From a virus, in IMG/VR virus record IMGVR_UViG_3300021420_000026, positions 6,221 through 70,220 of that record: 64,000 nt of DNA; one strand, given 5' to 3'. Position numbers and translations under genes: made by a program. Positions 46,003 through 55,162 of the stretch are shown in pieces. The notes under the pieces are model-generated. The model searched no databases and was not told the DNA's origin. It saw only the letters and a list, made by a program, of their open reading frames with translations. Position 1 is the stretch's first letter, and each line of letters opens with the position of its first letter.

Positions 46003-46226
46003 TTACCATCGACGTAGACATGGTGAAGATCGAGGGCTCGTGGTGGGGCAATGAGGCCCCGTCGCTGGTGATGGATGAGCTGGGCCGCGGCCGCGTGCGC
46101 AAGCGCGTGCGCGTCAGGATGTCTGCGAGCATCATCTCTGAGATCGCGCGCAAGCTCTGGGCGCTACAGAAGCAGCACGCCGAAGTCTCAGCCAGCCTGC
46201 AGCGCAACCTCAGCAGCCCGTCGTGA
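45999..46226 (+). CDS. hypothetical small protein
   Basis: MITIDVDMVKIEGSWWG...; ATGA overlap with the nucleotidase stop. Confidence 0.35.
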   Translation: MITIDVDMVKIEGSWWGNEAPSLVMDELGRGRVRKRVRVRMSASIISEIARKLWALQKQHAEVSASLQRNLSSPS

Positions 46227-47449
46227 CCATCAAGCAGGTTTTGCGTGCCCCGGGTGGCGCGCCCGTTAAGGTGTGGACGGACGACGTTGAGGCTTCGGCA
46301 CTCGTGCAGCTGCAGAACCTGTCGACGCTGCCGTTCATCCACAAGCACGTCGCCGTGATGCCAGACTGCCACTGGGGCATGGGGTCGACGGTGGGCTCTG
46401 TCATCCCCACGATCAGGGCCATTGTGCCGGCCGCGGTGGGCGTGGACATTGGCTGCGGTATGATGGCGCACAAGCTCGCGTTGCATGCCGTGCACCTGCC
46501 CGACAATCTCGCCGACGTACGCGCGCGCTTCGAGGCCATCATCCCTCACGGCCGCACAGACAACGGCGGCGCCAACGACCGCGGGGCGTGGCACAACCCG
46601 CCCGAGGCCAATACCGCGGAGTGGAACCTGTTGCAGGACGACTCGAGGCTGAAGGCCGTCAAGGAGAGGCACCCCGGCGTCATCACGCGCCCAGAGCAGG
46701 GCCTGCGACAGCTAGGCACGCTCGGCACAGGCAACCACTTCGTCGAGCTGTGCCTCGACAAGGAGGATGCGGTTTGGATCATGCTGCACTCTGGCTCGCG
46801 CGGCATCGGCAACCGCATCGGCACCTACTTCATCGACCGCGCCAAGGAGGAGATGGAGCGCTGGCACATCCGGCTGCCGGACCCCAACCTCGCCTACCTG
46901 CCCGAGGGCTCGCCGGTGTTCGCCGACTACTGGCGCGCGTTGTCGTGGGCGCAGGACTACGCCCGCGTCAACCGCGAGCTGATGATGGGCGCGGCAAAGA
47001 CAGCTCTCGAGGTGGCGCTCGGCCGCGACATCGAGACCACTGAGTGGGCCGTCAACTGCCATCACAACTACGTCGCCGTGGAGAATCACTATGGTCGCAA
47101 TGTCTACGTCACGCGCAAAGGCGCTGTCCGCGCTCGTGAGGGCGACCTCGGAATTATCCCGGGTAGCATGGGGGCGCGATCCTTTATCGTCAGAGGACGA
47201 GGCAATCCTGAGAGCTTCCACAGCTGCTCTCACGGCGCTGGCCGACGCATGTCTCGGGGTGAGGCTAAGCGCGTCTTCACCACTGCGGATCTCGCTGCTC
47301 AGACAGCTGGAGTCGAGTGTCGAAAGGATGCGGACGTCGTCGACGAGATCCCGGGCGCCTACAAAGACATCCAGCAGGTGATGGACAACCAGAGCGACCT
47401 CGTCGAGATCGTGGCCGAGCTGCGTCAGGTGGTTTGTGTCAAGGGATGA
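46223..47449 (+). CDS. rtcB: RtcB RNA-splicing ligase (3-prime-phosphate/5-prime-OH RNA ligase)
   Basis: All hallmark motifs present: PDCHWGMGSTVG, VGVDIGCGM, GTGNHFVEL, HSGSRGIGN, NCHHNY, HSCSHGAGR; 408 aa. Confidence 0.85.
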   Translation: MTIKQVLRAPGGAPVKVWTDDVEASALVQLQNLSTLPFIHKHVAVMPDCHWGMGSTVGSVIPTIRAIVPAAVGVDIGCGMMAHKLALHAVHLPDNLADVRARFEAIIPHGRTDNGGANDRGAWHNPPEANTAEWNLLQDDSRLKAVKERHPGVITRPEQGLRQLGTLGTGNHFVELCLDKEDAVWIMLHSGSRGIGNRIGTYFIDRAKEEMERWHIRLPDPNLAYLPEGSPVFADYWRALSWAQDYARVNRELMMGAAKTALEVALGRDIETTEWAVNCHHNYVAVENHYGRNVYVTRKGAVRAREGDLGIIPGSMGARSFIVRGRGNPESFHSCSHGAGRRMSRGEAKRVFTTADLAAQTAGVECRKDADVVDEIPGAYKDIQQVMDNQSDLVEIVAELRQVVCVKG

Positions 47450-47794
47450 CGACCCTCGTTACCAGCAGATGATCGCCGCCGGCTACCGCCCCGAGCAGAT
47501 CCTCAGTTGTGCAAAAGTGGTAGGGATTCTACCCGGCAGCGGCTGGCACATGTGCCGGTGCCAAGTCGTGGACGCCGACGCCGGTGAGCCCCTGCCGCCG
47601 GCCAGCGAGTGCGGCCTTGGCCGAGCGTAAGGCCGCCCCAGCCGATCAGGCCCGAACCCCGGTAGTCAGGGCCACCCCAGAGGAGATCGAATCCCACAGG
47701 GCGGCTCTGGAGGCCTACCGGCGCCAAGGAAAGCTCGGCCCGGGCCCCCGGCTCTGGGACCAGCTCACGCCGCCGGAATCAGGTACAATGGGGG

Positions 47795-48247
47795 ATGATG
47801 GCGTGGCTTGAGGCGGTCGTGTTCGTTGTCGTAGAGGTGCTGAGCCTCGTAGGCACCGCGCTAGGCTACCTGATCCTGCCAATCCCCTGCGCCCTGCAGG
47901 CGTGGCACGACGTGCCGTCTCAGTTCGACGCGACCCGTACCATCGACGCATGGGACTGGGCGCCGCTCAACGCGGTCTTCGGCAACCCCGAGGACGGGGT
48001 CAGCGGCCGCTACGCCATGGTCTGGGACAACGGCGCCCACGTCAAGTACATGGACGGGCGCAACCCCGTGTGGCGGGCGATGTGCTGGTCGATAGGGCGC
48101 AACAGCGCCGACGAGCTGAAGTACGTATTCAGATGGCGCGGCTCTGGGCCGGCGCCGATATTGCGCGGCACGTGGCTAGGTGGCCGCGAGTGGAAGGCCG
48201 GTTGGCAGGTTGAGAACGGCATCCCCGTTCCGGTATTGAGTTTCTGA
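47795..48247 (+). CDS. hypothetical membrane-anchored protein
   Basis: N-terminal TM (AVVFVVVEVLSLVGTALGYLILPI) followed by a Trp-rich soluble domain. Confidence 0.4.
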   Translation: MMAWLEAVVFVVVEVLSLVGTALGYLILPIPCALQAWHDVPSQFDATRTIDAWDWAPLNAVFGNPEDGVSGRYAMVWDNGAHVKYMDGRNPVWRAMCWSIGRNSADELKYVFRWRGSGPAPILRGTWLGGREWKAGWQVENGIPVPVLSF

Positions 48248-48256
48248 GGTGACAAA

Positions 48257-48487
48257 ATGACAGGTCGAGCGCACCGGGAATGCCTGCGCAGCACGCACTC
48301 CCCGAAGTCGAAGCCGGCGGCAACCAAGCCCGACGGCGCCAAGGAAGATTTTCAGGGGATGATGGACACCGCCGTCAGCAATGCGCGCAGTGGCGAGGGT
48401 AAGGGGCGCCCGGGTGATTCCGGCTCCGACATCCTCGACTACCAGAAGCCTTACGAGCAGACGTCAAAGAAGCGGTCGCGCGGATAG
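48257..48487 (+). CDS. hypothetical small basic protein
   Basis: SD gaggtga 6 nt upstream; 76 aa; last plus-strand gene before a convergent hairpin. Confidence 0.35.
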   Translation: MTGRAHRECLRSTHSPKSKPAATKPDGAKEDFQGMMDTAVSNARSGEGKGRPGDSGSDILDYQKPYEQTSKKRSRG

Positions 48488-48751
48488 CCACCTGCGAAGC
48501 GCGGCTTGCGCTTCTGCATCTGTGGCATGCACTAGGATCCCCTTGGGGTTCCTCGTTCTGTTTTTCCCATTCTTGCGGCTGGGCTCGTCTGGTTTAGTGG
48601 CTGGCTTGACGCCCTGATATTCTGCCACGAGCTTGTCGACGAATCGCCTCTGACGCATTGTGGCCCGTCCCTTGGCGCGAGCCTTGGCATCGAAGCGATT
48701 GGGCGCGTATTGTCTTTGATCCATCAGCTGGGCCCACGTGAAATTTTTCAT
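48464..48751 (-). CDS. hypothetical basic protein
   Basis: 95-aa ORF rich in Lys/Arg. Confidence 0.35.
   Translation of the reverse strand: MKNFTWAQLMDQRQYAPNRFDAKARAKGRATMRQRRFVDKLVAEYQGVKPATKPDEPSRKNGKNRTRNPKGILVHATDAEAQAALRRWLSARPLL
48494..48514. terminator. possible bidirectional hairpin between convergent genes
   Basis: CGAAGCGC-ggctt-GCGCTTC 7-bp stem between the plus gene ending 48487 and the minus gene ending 48464 region; no clear U-run. Confidence 0.3.
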
Positions 48752-48986
48752 GGTGCAAGTCGCCAGCTGTTGATGGCAGCTGATCGCTGACGGTCAATCG
48801 GGCGCGTGGCGCGCACGCGCTTGCGATACTCGCGATTGAGGTGGCGCTGTACTGCGAGTCGCTCCTCGCGAGTCATGTCGCGCCACCGCTTTCCGAACGC
48901 TGGCACATACGGGGGCAGCACCCCGGCCCTGCGCAGGCGCCAGCGCTGCTGGTTGGTGAGGCCGTCGTCTTCTACGCGGACTGGCA

Positions 48987-49430
48987 TCAGCCCTTGACCA
49001 TAGGCGTCTCGGCGCTGGCTATGACGACGCCGCTGCGCTCGGTCTGCGCCTCGGCCTTGATGCCGAGCAGCGCATTCAGCTCCTTGATCTTGGGGTTCAT
49101 CAGCTTCTTCGCGCCCTCCTTGATGGCGAACCACGGGTTCTTGCCGTCGACATCGGTCGCGCTCAGCTCGTCCTTGCTCGCCTGCACGAGCATGGCGAAG
49201 ACGATGGAGCGCAGGGCCATGAGCTGGTCGGCCATGGCGTGGATGATCACGGCCTGCGCTCCGACAGCGTCCTTCAGCGCCTTGCCGAGCGCCGGGTAGG
49301 GGATGGTCAGCGGCCACTCGCCGTCGGCGTCGCTGACGATGTGCAGAGGCTTTCCGCAATGGAACCCGGCCGCGCTTCCCATTGACAGCTCGAGGCCGCA
49401 CTCGTTGCATCGCATCCACTGGAAACTCAT
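48987..49430 (-). CDS. hypothetical protein with N-terminal Cys pair
   Basis: 147 aa, CNECG...HCGK; the overlapping ORF 48748-49419 in another frame is Arg-rich and rejected. Confidence 0.45.
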   Translation of the reverse strand: MSFQWMRCNECGLELSMGSAAGFHCGKPLHIVSDADGEWPLTIPYPALGKALKDAVGAQAVIIHAMADQLMALRSIVFAMLVQASKDELSATDVDGKNPWFAIKEGAKKLMNPKIKELNALLGIKAEAQTERSGVVIASAETPMVKG

Positions 49431-49867
49431 GATAGATTTCCTTTCCCGTTCTCAGCAGCTCCGCAGTCGCATGTCAGGAGTCGCCCAGTGATGGCGCTGC
49501 ACCCCGGCTTGTGGAAAATAGCTCCGGTATCACCTGTCGTCTCGGAAGGTGGTCCGGCTTCGAGGGCAGATCGGGCGATGGCATCGACTTCCTCGTAGTA
49601 TTCGTCATTGTCTTCACAGCCGCTCCACCAGACAATCCGCTCCAGCGCCGCTCGCAGCCGCTCGATCTCGTCGGCTAAGTCGCGGTTGTCCGCGAGCACG
49701 CCTTGGAAATGCTTCTCCCCGGGCTCATTCTCAAGCTCGGTCAGTCGCCGCCTCACTCGCTCGTAATCTTCGAGCAGCACGAACTTGTCGCCGCAGTTGA
49801 TAGTGCAGTCGCTCGGGCCTTCACATTCATAGACCTTCGGATTTGAGGAAGCCGGAGCATTGCTCAT
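49427..49867 (-). CDS. hypothetical Cys-rich acidic protein
   Basis: Start at MSNAPASS; CEGPSDCTINCGDK and CDCGA clusters. Confidence 0.4.
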   Translation of the reverse strand: MSNAPASSNPKVYECEGPSDCTINCGDKFVLLEDYERVRRRLTELENEPGEKHFQGVLADNRDLADEIERLRAALERIVWWSGCEDNDEYYEEVDAIARSALEAGPPSETTGDTGAIFHKPGCSAITGRLLTCDCGAAENGKGNLS

Positions 49868-50121
49868 GGCTGCCTGTCCTTTGCGAGTTCGTTGAACAAG
49901 TCCAGCTCGTGCTCGCCGCGGATGTAGTAGGCGCCGTTGGCGAACCACGTCCTGACGTCGCGCGAGCCGTCGGCATTGGTGACAATCCCAATGACCTGTC
50001 TGCCGTCAGACAGGGGCTCGGTGGTGCACAGCAGCTCGACCGTGCGGTCGTCTCGCGTGAGCACGGGGAAGAGATAGATGGGCTTGAAGCTGCGCGGCAG
50101 CAGCGCGATAGAGTGGGTCAC
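49864..50121 (-). CDS. hypothetical protein
   Basis: 85 aa; ATGA overlap with the upstream gene. Confidence 0.4.
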   Translation of the reverse strand: MTHSIALLPRSFKPIYLFPVLTRDDRTVELLCTTEPLSDGRQVIGIVTNADGSRDVRTWFANGAYYIRGEHELDLFNELAKDRQP

Positions 50122-50399
50122 TTCACAACCTCCAGCACCTGCGGGGTTACCGGGTGCGCGAAGTAGTTGTAAATCTCAGTGATCTCGGCGAGCCCATCTG
50201 AAGTGACTGGCCTGCGGTATCCGTAGAGCTTGCAGCCATCCAGATGGTTGTCCATGTAGTCGCACTGCTGGATCATGTACGCGGGCGCTCCTCCTTGGTT
50301 TGCGATCACGATGTGATAGATCGTGAAGTAGGCATGAGGTGATGGGTCGCACGCGCTGAGCGCAAGGGCGCAAAGTGACGAGAGAAGTAACCTACGCAT
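50118..50399 (-). CDS. small lipoprotein
   Basis: Signal peptide with lipobox LSAC (MRRLLLSSLCALALSAC). Confidence 0.45.
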   Translation of the reverse strand: MRRLLLSSLCALALSACDPSPHAYFTIYHIVIANQGGAPAYMIQQCDYMDNHLDGCKLYGYRRPVTSDGLAEITEIYNYFAHPVTPQVLEVVK

Positions 50400-50736
50400 T
50401 GGCGTCTCCTGTTGGGACCCCGAAGGCTTCTACCATGGCCGCGGCAATCGGATCTGCCGGCGGCGTGATGGCGATGCGCGGCCCCACGCTGCCGAGGCGC
50501 GGCCCCGACTTGCTTTTGCCCGTCTTCGGGCTGTAGAACGTGCGGCCGCTTCGCCTGCCATAATACGCGGCCACGGCCTTGGCGGACACGCCGCGACGGC
50601 GCCGGCTGTCGATGTTCAGCGGGGACTTCAGGCACTCCCAGAAGTCCTCGATGTTGATGCGCTGGCCCTCAGCAGGGCGGAGCACGGTGCGAGGGATCAG
50701 GCTGTATGGGCCCTCGGCTCCGATTCGGTTCGGCAT
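50392..50736 (-). CDS. hypothetical protein
   Basis: 114 aa; overlaps ORF 50669-50911 (80 aa, also protein-like at its N-terminus) in another frame. Confidence 0.35.
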   Translation of the reverse strand: MPNRIGAEGPYSLIPRTVLRPAEGQRINIEDFWECLKSPLNIDSRRRRGVSAKAVAAYYGRRSGRTFYSPKTGKSKSGPRLGSVGPRIAITPPADPIAAAMVEAFGVPTGDANA

Positions 50737-50894
50737 TGTCGCTCCTCAGGTAAGGCGGAATTGGCTCGAGGCTGTAGCGGCCCTCGTAGCTTGCGAAAGA
50801 TGAGTCTATCGCGAACGGTCGGTGCTCGCGAAAATGTAGTCCAGCTGCAGCAGCCGCGGCCTCGAGGGCATCGGCATCCTGCTTGCTGGAGATT

Positions 50895-51293
50895 TCAACG
50901 ACGACGCGCACGGTATCTCTTCACGGTGTTGCGGATGCGATAGGCCACCCTCTCAGAGTCGTTGCGCGCCTCATCTGGGTAGCTGTTCATAGCGAACAGC
51001 CTGATAGCCTGTAGCATTTTGATGCCAAAGAATGCGCACACCGCATCCCAGTTGTCGCTGTCTTTGTAGGTCGGCACCCTGCTATGCCTGAATGCTGTGT
51101 CCTCTGTGAGACGCAGGCCCGCCTTTTTGAACTCTGGGATAAAGCAGGCCTCGCCCACCGCGCACGCCCGAGTGCCGCACGTGTAGGGGTCTCGGCCGAA
51201 CCATGAGGCGAGATCAAAGACTCGCTCGGGCTTGGGTTGGCGCGCGACGGTCTCGAGGTGGTCGGCGAGTTTTTCCAGACGGCGTACGAACAT
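50895..51293 (-). CDS. hypothetical Cys-containing protein
   Basis: Start at MFVRRLEKLADHLE; the N-terminal extension of the long ORF is Arg-rich. Confidence 0.4.
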   Translation of the reverse strand: MFVRRLEKLADHLETVARQPKPERVFDLASWFGRDPYTCGTRACAVGEACFIPEFKKAGLRLTEDTAFRHSRVPTYKDSDNWDAVCAFFGIKMLQAIRLFAMNSYPDEARNDSERVAYRIRNTVKRYRARRR

Positions 51294-51301
51294 GGCAGCT
51301 C

Positions 51302-51556
51302 CTAGTTGAGATTGGATAATATCACGATGGGCGCGGCCCCGGCGTTGCGCAGGAACTGGTCGACATCGAACTTGGGGTTGCCCTTGGCAATGGTGTCGGC
51401 TATGTAGCGCGCGGCGGCGTCGACACCGAGGAGGAAGGCGCCGTACTTCGTCATGCCGGCGGCGAAGGCCGGGCTGCCCTTGGACGGCAGCGCCTGACTG
51501 TAGTAGCGGACGTCGTTGAGGGCCGCGGCGAGGCGCAGGTAGTCTGAGCGGGTCAT
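51302..51556 (-). CDS. hypothetical protein
   Basis: Start at MTRSDYLRLAAAL; 84 aa. Confidence 0.35.
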   Translation of the reverse strand: MTRSDYLRLAAALNDVRYYSQALPSKGSPAFAAGMTKYGAFLLGVDAAARYIADTIAKGNPKFDVDQFLRNAGAAPIVILSNLN

Positions 51557-51816
51557 ACGGGCTCCTGTCGGTACTGACTGTCGTTGCGCAGAAACACCCA
51601 GCGGCCAGCGCGGCGACGGCCAGCACGGTACTCGGCGCTCTCTTCTGCTATGCGCCAAGTGAGCTGGCGATCATTGCGAGGCAGATCCCAATCGCTTGGG
51701 GGCACCACGGTGTCGTGAAAGCTCCAGTGGCCGAAGCGCGGATGATCTAAGGGCTGCTCAGGCGGCGAGCATACCTCGCAAAACGCAGAGTGTTCATGTT
51801 CGCTGAAAAGGCTCAT
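51553..51816 (-). CDS. hypothetical protein
   Basis: 87 aa, HEHSAFCEVCSPP...; ATGA coupling on both sides. Confidence 0.35.
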   Translation of the reverse strand: MSLFSEHEHSAFCEVCSPPEQPLDHPRFGHWSFHDTVVPPSDWDLPRNDRQLTWRIAEESAEYRAGRRRAGRWVFLRNDSQYRQEPV

Positions 51817-51992
51817 GGGCGCTTCTCCGGTAGTGGTAGGGATCCATCAGCTGGTGAGTGCAGGGGCACGTTGCGCTTCAGCTCGCCCGCGAGGTCGCGG
51901 TAGTCGAAGCGGCGCGCGCATACAGGGCACTCCGCCGCTCCCGTGTTGGGATGCCGGCGGATAGCCTCGCGATACGAGCCTTGGCAGCTCAT
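51813..51992 (-). CDS. small zinc-ribbon-like protein
   Basis: 59 aa, MSCQGSYREAIRRHPNTGAAECPVCARRFDY...; below the ORF-track cutoff; ATGA overlap with the downstream gene. Confidence 0.3.
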   Translation of the reverse strand: MSCQGSYREAIRRHPNTGAAECPVCARRFDYRDLAGELKRNVPLHSPADGSLPLPEKRP

Positions 51993-52309
51993 GTGACCTC
52001 AGGGAATTCCGGGTAGTTGAACGCGCCGTACTGGCCCATGCGGGCCCGCGTGTACATAGCCTTGATAGGGCCCTGCGCCTTGCGGTACTGATACTCCATC
52101 ATCGGAATGTTGCCGGTGTCGCCGGTCTCGATGAAGGTCATAAGCTGCTTGCACGCTCGCGCCGGGATTGGCCAATGCGCCCAGCCGTCGCTGTTCTCGT
52201 TGGCGTCACTCGCAACGGCATCGAGAAGGCGCGTGGCCTTGCTGAGCACCGGGTGCAGTTCGTGACGCTGGCGAGCCATGGCGATGTCGTAGTCGTTGAA
52301 GAATTTCAC
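51989..52309 (-). CDS. hypothetical protein
   Basis: 106 aa; ATGA-coupled. Confidence 0.4.
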   Translation of the reverse strand: MKFFNDYDIAMARQRHELHPVLSKATRLLDAVASDANENSDGWAHWPIPARACKQLMTFIETGDTGNIPMMEYQYRKAQGPIKAMYTRARMGQYGAFNYPEFPEVT

Positions 52310-52527
52310 TTGAGTCCCTCCATGCCGCGCGTGCTGACTAGAAACGCCAGCATGCTCACGCTGCGGAACTCTTCCCGCTTGCCGACGGCGTCGAGGACAG
52401 CGCAGGCGCCGACCAGCATCTCCAATGCCATGCTGGCCTGACGCTTGGGTCCGGTGACGCCCTGAGCCGCGATGCGGTCCCTGATGGCCTTGGTGATGGC
52501 GATGAGAATGTTGAGGTCTTTGCTCAT
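52306..52527 (-). CDS. hypothetical small protein
   Basis: 73 aa; coupled. Confidence 0.35.
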   Translation of the reverse strand: MSKDLNILIAITKAIRDRIAAQGVTGPKRQASMALEMLVGACAVLDAVGKREEFRSVSMLAFLVSTRGMEGLK

Positions 52528-52709
52528 GACTCTACCTCAGCGTGAGAGCTGAAGTCCTGCGCCTGAACGCGCGCGGGGATTACGGGTCCGATGTCTCGCA
52601 GAGCTGAGGTAGCCTCGCGGCCGTTGAACCATTCCGGTTCCTCGCCCCACGAGCCGGCGCAATAGTACTCGCCGGTGTCGGTTCGGATGATGGCGAAGAG
52701 GCGGCTCAT
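52524..52709 (-). CDS. hypothetical small protein
   Basis: 61 aa; coupled. Confidence 0.3.
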   Translation of the reverse strand: MSRLFAIIRTDTGEYYCAGSWGEEPEWFNGREATSALRDIGPVIPARVQAQDFSSHAEVES

Positions 52710-53176
52710 GACAACACCCCGCCGTCTGACAGGATGGCGTCGGCGACGTCGCCAACGTAGCGGGGCTCGACTGCCATGGCGCTGCCCATGAACTGCGCGT
52801 CCTCAGGGGCGGTGCGCTTCAGCCACTCTCGGCCTGCGTCGTTGAGCGGGCGGAAGAGCGTGATGGAGCCGTGGTTCTCGATCTGGAACTGCGGCTGCTG
52901 GTTGGGCTCGAAGAAGCCCGGGATCAGCTCGTCGAGGGGCTTGGCGACGGCGGCGCTCGCCGCGGGCACGATGACGTTGCCCTGCGAGTCGATGCCGTAG
53001 GCCTCGCTGCCGTACTCGTTGGCGCCGTCGAGCGTGCGCTTGACCACGGAGGCGTCGACGAACTTGGCGGCGCGGGCGATGTTGCCCGACCACGTGAAGT
53101 CCTTGGCGCCGACGTCGGCCTTGACGAGGTAGATGGTCTGGCCGCGGAGCTGGCGGGCGATGATGGTCTTGGTCAT
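52706..53176 (-). CDS. hypothetical protein
   Basis: Start at MTKTIIARQLRG; 156 aa. Confidence 0.45.
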   Translation of the reverse strand: MTKTIIARQLRGQTIYLVKADVGAKDFTWSGNIARAAKFVDASVVKRTLDGANEYGSEAYGIDSQGNVIVPAASAAVAKPLDELIPGFFEPNQQPQFQIENHGSITLFRPLNDAGREWLKRTAPEDAQFMGSAMAVEPRYVGDVADAILSDGGVLS

Positions 53177-53320
53177 GGTCGTCTCCTTCGTGACTGACAG
53201 GGGGAGTATAGCAGGGTCCGGGCTACTGCGCAAGCCCCTTGAAGCGGCGCTGCTCGCGCCACCAGTTCAGGCCCACGCGAATCGCGCGGCGCATGAGGCT
53301 CAGCTCGAGCGCTAGGCGCT

Positions 53321-53695
53321 TCATCGCAGGTACACCGTGCCGTGCCAGTTGACGCAGCTGGCGCCGAAGTCGTCGGCGAAGATGGAGCCGCGCACGGGGT
53401 TCTTGGCCGGCGCCTTCCAGCCCCCGGCCTTGCAGATCGCGCCCGTGGTCGTGTCGATGAAGCAGTACACGTACCGCGAGCTGAATCCATCGCCGCTGAC
53501 GATGCGCAGGTAGCGCTTGCCGTTGGGGTCGACGCTGAGGGTGTTCGGGCGGCAGTGCGTGAAGCCGCTGGCTTTGTGGTGGGCGTCGATATGGGCCTGC
53601 GCGGCCCGGAGGAAGCCGGCGAGGCGCTCGGCGAAGTCGCGCTCGAGGATCTCGGCCGGGGGCGGGGCGGTCATCAGGTTGTGGGCTGGGGTCAT
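53321..53695 (-). CDS. hypothetical Cys-containing protein (first gene of the minus-strand early block)
   Basis: Start at MTPAHNLMTAPPP; adjacent to the divergent promoter region. Confidence 0.4.
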   Translation of the reverse strand: MTPAHNLMTAPPPAEILERDFAERLAGFLRAAQAHIDAHHKASGFTHCRPNTLSVDPNGKRYLRIVSGDGFSSRYVYCFIDTTTGAICKAGGWKAPAKNPVRGSIFADDFGASCVNWHGTVYLR

Positions 53696-53740
53696 GTGCG
53701 TCCTCCTCGGGACTGCGGTTACGATGCGGCATCGTACCAT

Positions 53741-53865
53741 GACGAGAATCGTGCTGTCAACACCGCATAGGGTGCAGAGAATGCGCTATACTGTATACTT
53801 AAACAGCCAGCAATGGCCGCGAGTTCCCCCGCGTAAAGGGCAAAACTACTAAGGAAAACAAGAAC
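53741..53865. promoter_or_regulatory. divergent promoter region (early minus-strand block versus tail operon)
   Basis: 125-bp lower-GC spacer with two TATACT hexamers and SD aaggaaaacaagaac before ATG 53866. Confidence 0.4.
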
Positions 53866-54603
53866 ATGACAGCTCCCTTCAACGGTGCCTACGTCTTCCC
53901 GCCGCACCGCGTCTCCGTGACCGACAACCTCCGCGCGGGCAACGCGCTCTCGGCCGCAAACCAGCTTCTCGGCGTGCCGGTCAGTCTCAAGCAGTTCGAG
54001 GTGCTCGGCGCCGTCGCCGTAGCGGCAACGAACAACATCCTCACCGCCACGGCGTTCGCCGGTGCGGGCTCGGTGGCGCCGAACGCGGCCCCGGCTGGCG
54101 GCTCCCTGATCGCTGGCGTGGCCACGGTGGACTTCCCCCGTAACCTCCAGTTCGTCTCGAGCAACGCGGGCGACACCACGCAGACGATCACGATCACGGG
54201 CACGGACTACTACGGCGCGCCCATGACGCAGGCCACGGCCCTGAACGGCACGACCCCGGTCTTCACGAAGAAGGCCTTCTACACCGTCAGCAGCATCGCC
54301 TCGAGCGCGGCGCTGGTGGGCAACCTCACCGTGGGCACGGGCCCGGCGCTGGGTCTGAGCTACGCGCTCCTGACCGGTTCGCTCGTGGTCGGCACCAAGA
54401 ACGTGTCGGGCACGATCTCAGCGGATGCGGGCACGGTCGTACAGCCGGATGCCACGAACCCCGCGACTTCGGCGACGGGTGACGTGCGCGGCACCTACAG
54501 CCCGGCAGCGGCCGAGAACGCGGCGACGACCACGTTCTACGTCGAGTACCAGACGCTCGGGGGCCCGCTGAACAGCTCGGCCTTCGGCCAGACACAGGCG
54601 TAA
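53866..54603 (+). CDS. tail/virion structural protein (paralog A)
   Basis: 245 aa, Thr/Ala/Gly/Ser-rich beta-type composition; segment ITITGTDYYGAPMTQATALNGTTPVFTKKAFYTVSSIA is paralogous to the gene at 55758. Confidence 0.5.
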   Translation: MTAPFNGAYVFPPHRVSVTDNLRAGNALSAANQLLGVPVSLKQFEVLGAVAVAATNNILTATAFAGAGSVAPNAAPAGGSLIAGVATVDFPRNLQFVSSNAGDTTQTITITGTDYYGAPMTQATALNGTTPVFTKKAFYTVSSIASSAALVGNLTVGTGPALGLSYALLTGSLVVGTKNVSGTISADAGTVVQPDATNPATSATGDVRGTYSPAAAENAATTTFYVEYQTLGGPLNSSAFGQTQA

Positions 54604-54608
54604 GGCGC

Positions 54609-54929
54609 ATGACGCGCATCCACTACCTGTGTGCGAACGGTCACCTGTACACCGCGGAGGTGCCAGCATCGGCCCTCAACGACGGCGCCTACCTCACGGC
54701 AACGTGCCCGGTAGACGCCGCCGCGGCCAAGGCTCAGGTGGCCATGAACGGCAACAGCGGACCGGCCTCGGGGATGAACAACCAGACGTCGACGCAGGTC
54801 ATGCTCAACGGCAAGAGCGGGGGCCTGCAGGAAGGTGCCGCGGCTGCCAAGGGTACTGCGATCCAGAGTCCGCGCCCGAACTACTCGACGTACCCGGGCG
54901 TCTACGACGGCTTGGACAACATGGACTGA
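54609..54929 (+). CDS. hypothetical protein
   Basis: 106 aa with an N-terminal Cys pair, coupled to the previous gene. Confidence 0.4.
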   Translation: MTRIHYLCANGHLYTAEVPASALNDGAYLTATCPVDAAAAKAQVAMNGNSGPASGMNNQTSTQVMLNGKSGGLQEGAAAAKGTAIQSPRPNYSTYPGVYDGLDNMD

Positions 54930-55162
54930 GCGCCGGGGTGCATGCCCACGGGTATGCACTGCGTCGCGCCGTGGCTGCTTATAGGCGGCCACAGGGGATG
55001 ATGTGGGCTCGTGCGTTGGGACGTACGCCTGCCTTGCAAGCAGGCTTTGCGAGTTCGATTCTCGACGGGTCCACCACTACTGGTGACGTCACACTAGTGA
55101 CGTTTTTTGTCAATAACTTACCTTGCCTAGGCAAGTATTCCTAGGCCACGAAAGGATCGGGC

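Noticed and set aside
48748-49419. 223-aa minus ORF overlapping 48987-49430
   Set aside because: Extremely Arg-rich (RRRRR runs) and out of frame with the protein-like ORF 48987-49430 that covers the same DNA.
53223-53732. 169-aa minus ORF rich in Arg/Pro overlapping 53321-53695
   Set aside because: Alternate frame of the better ORF 53321-53740. Only its last 33 codons (MKRLALELSLMRRAIRVGLNWWREQRRFKGLAQ, 53223-53324, ATGA-coupled) might be a genuine mini-gene; not called.
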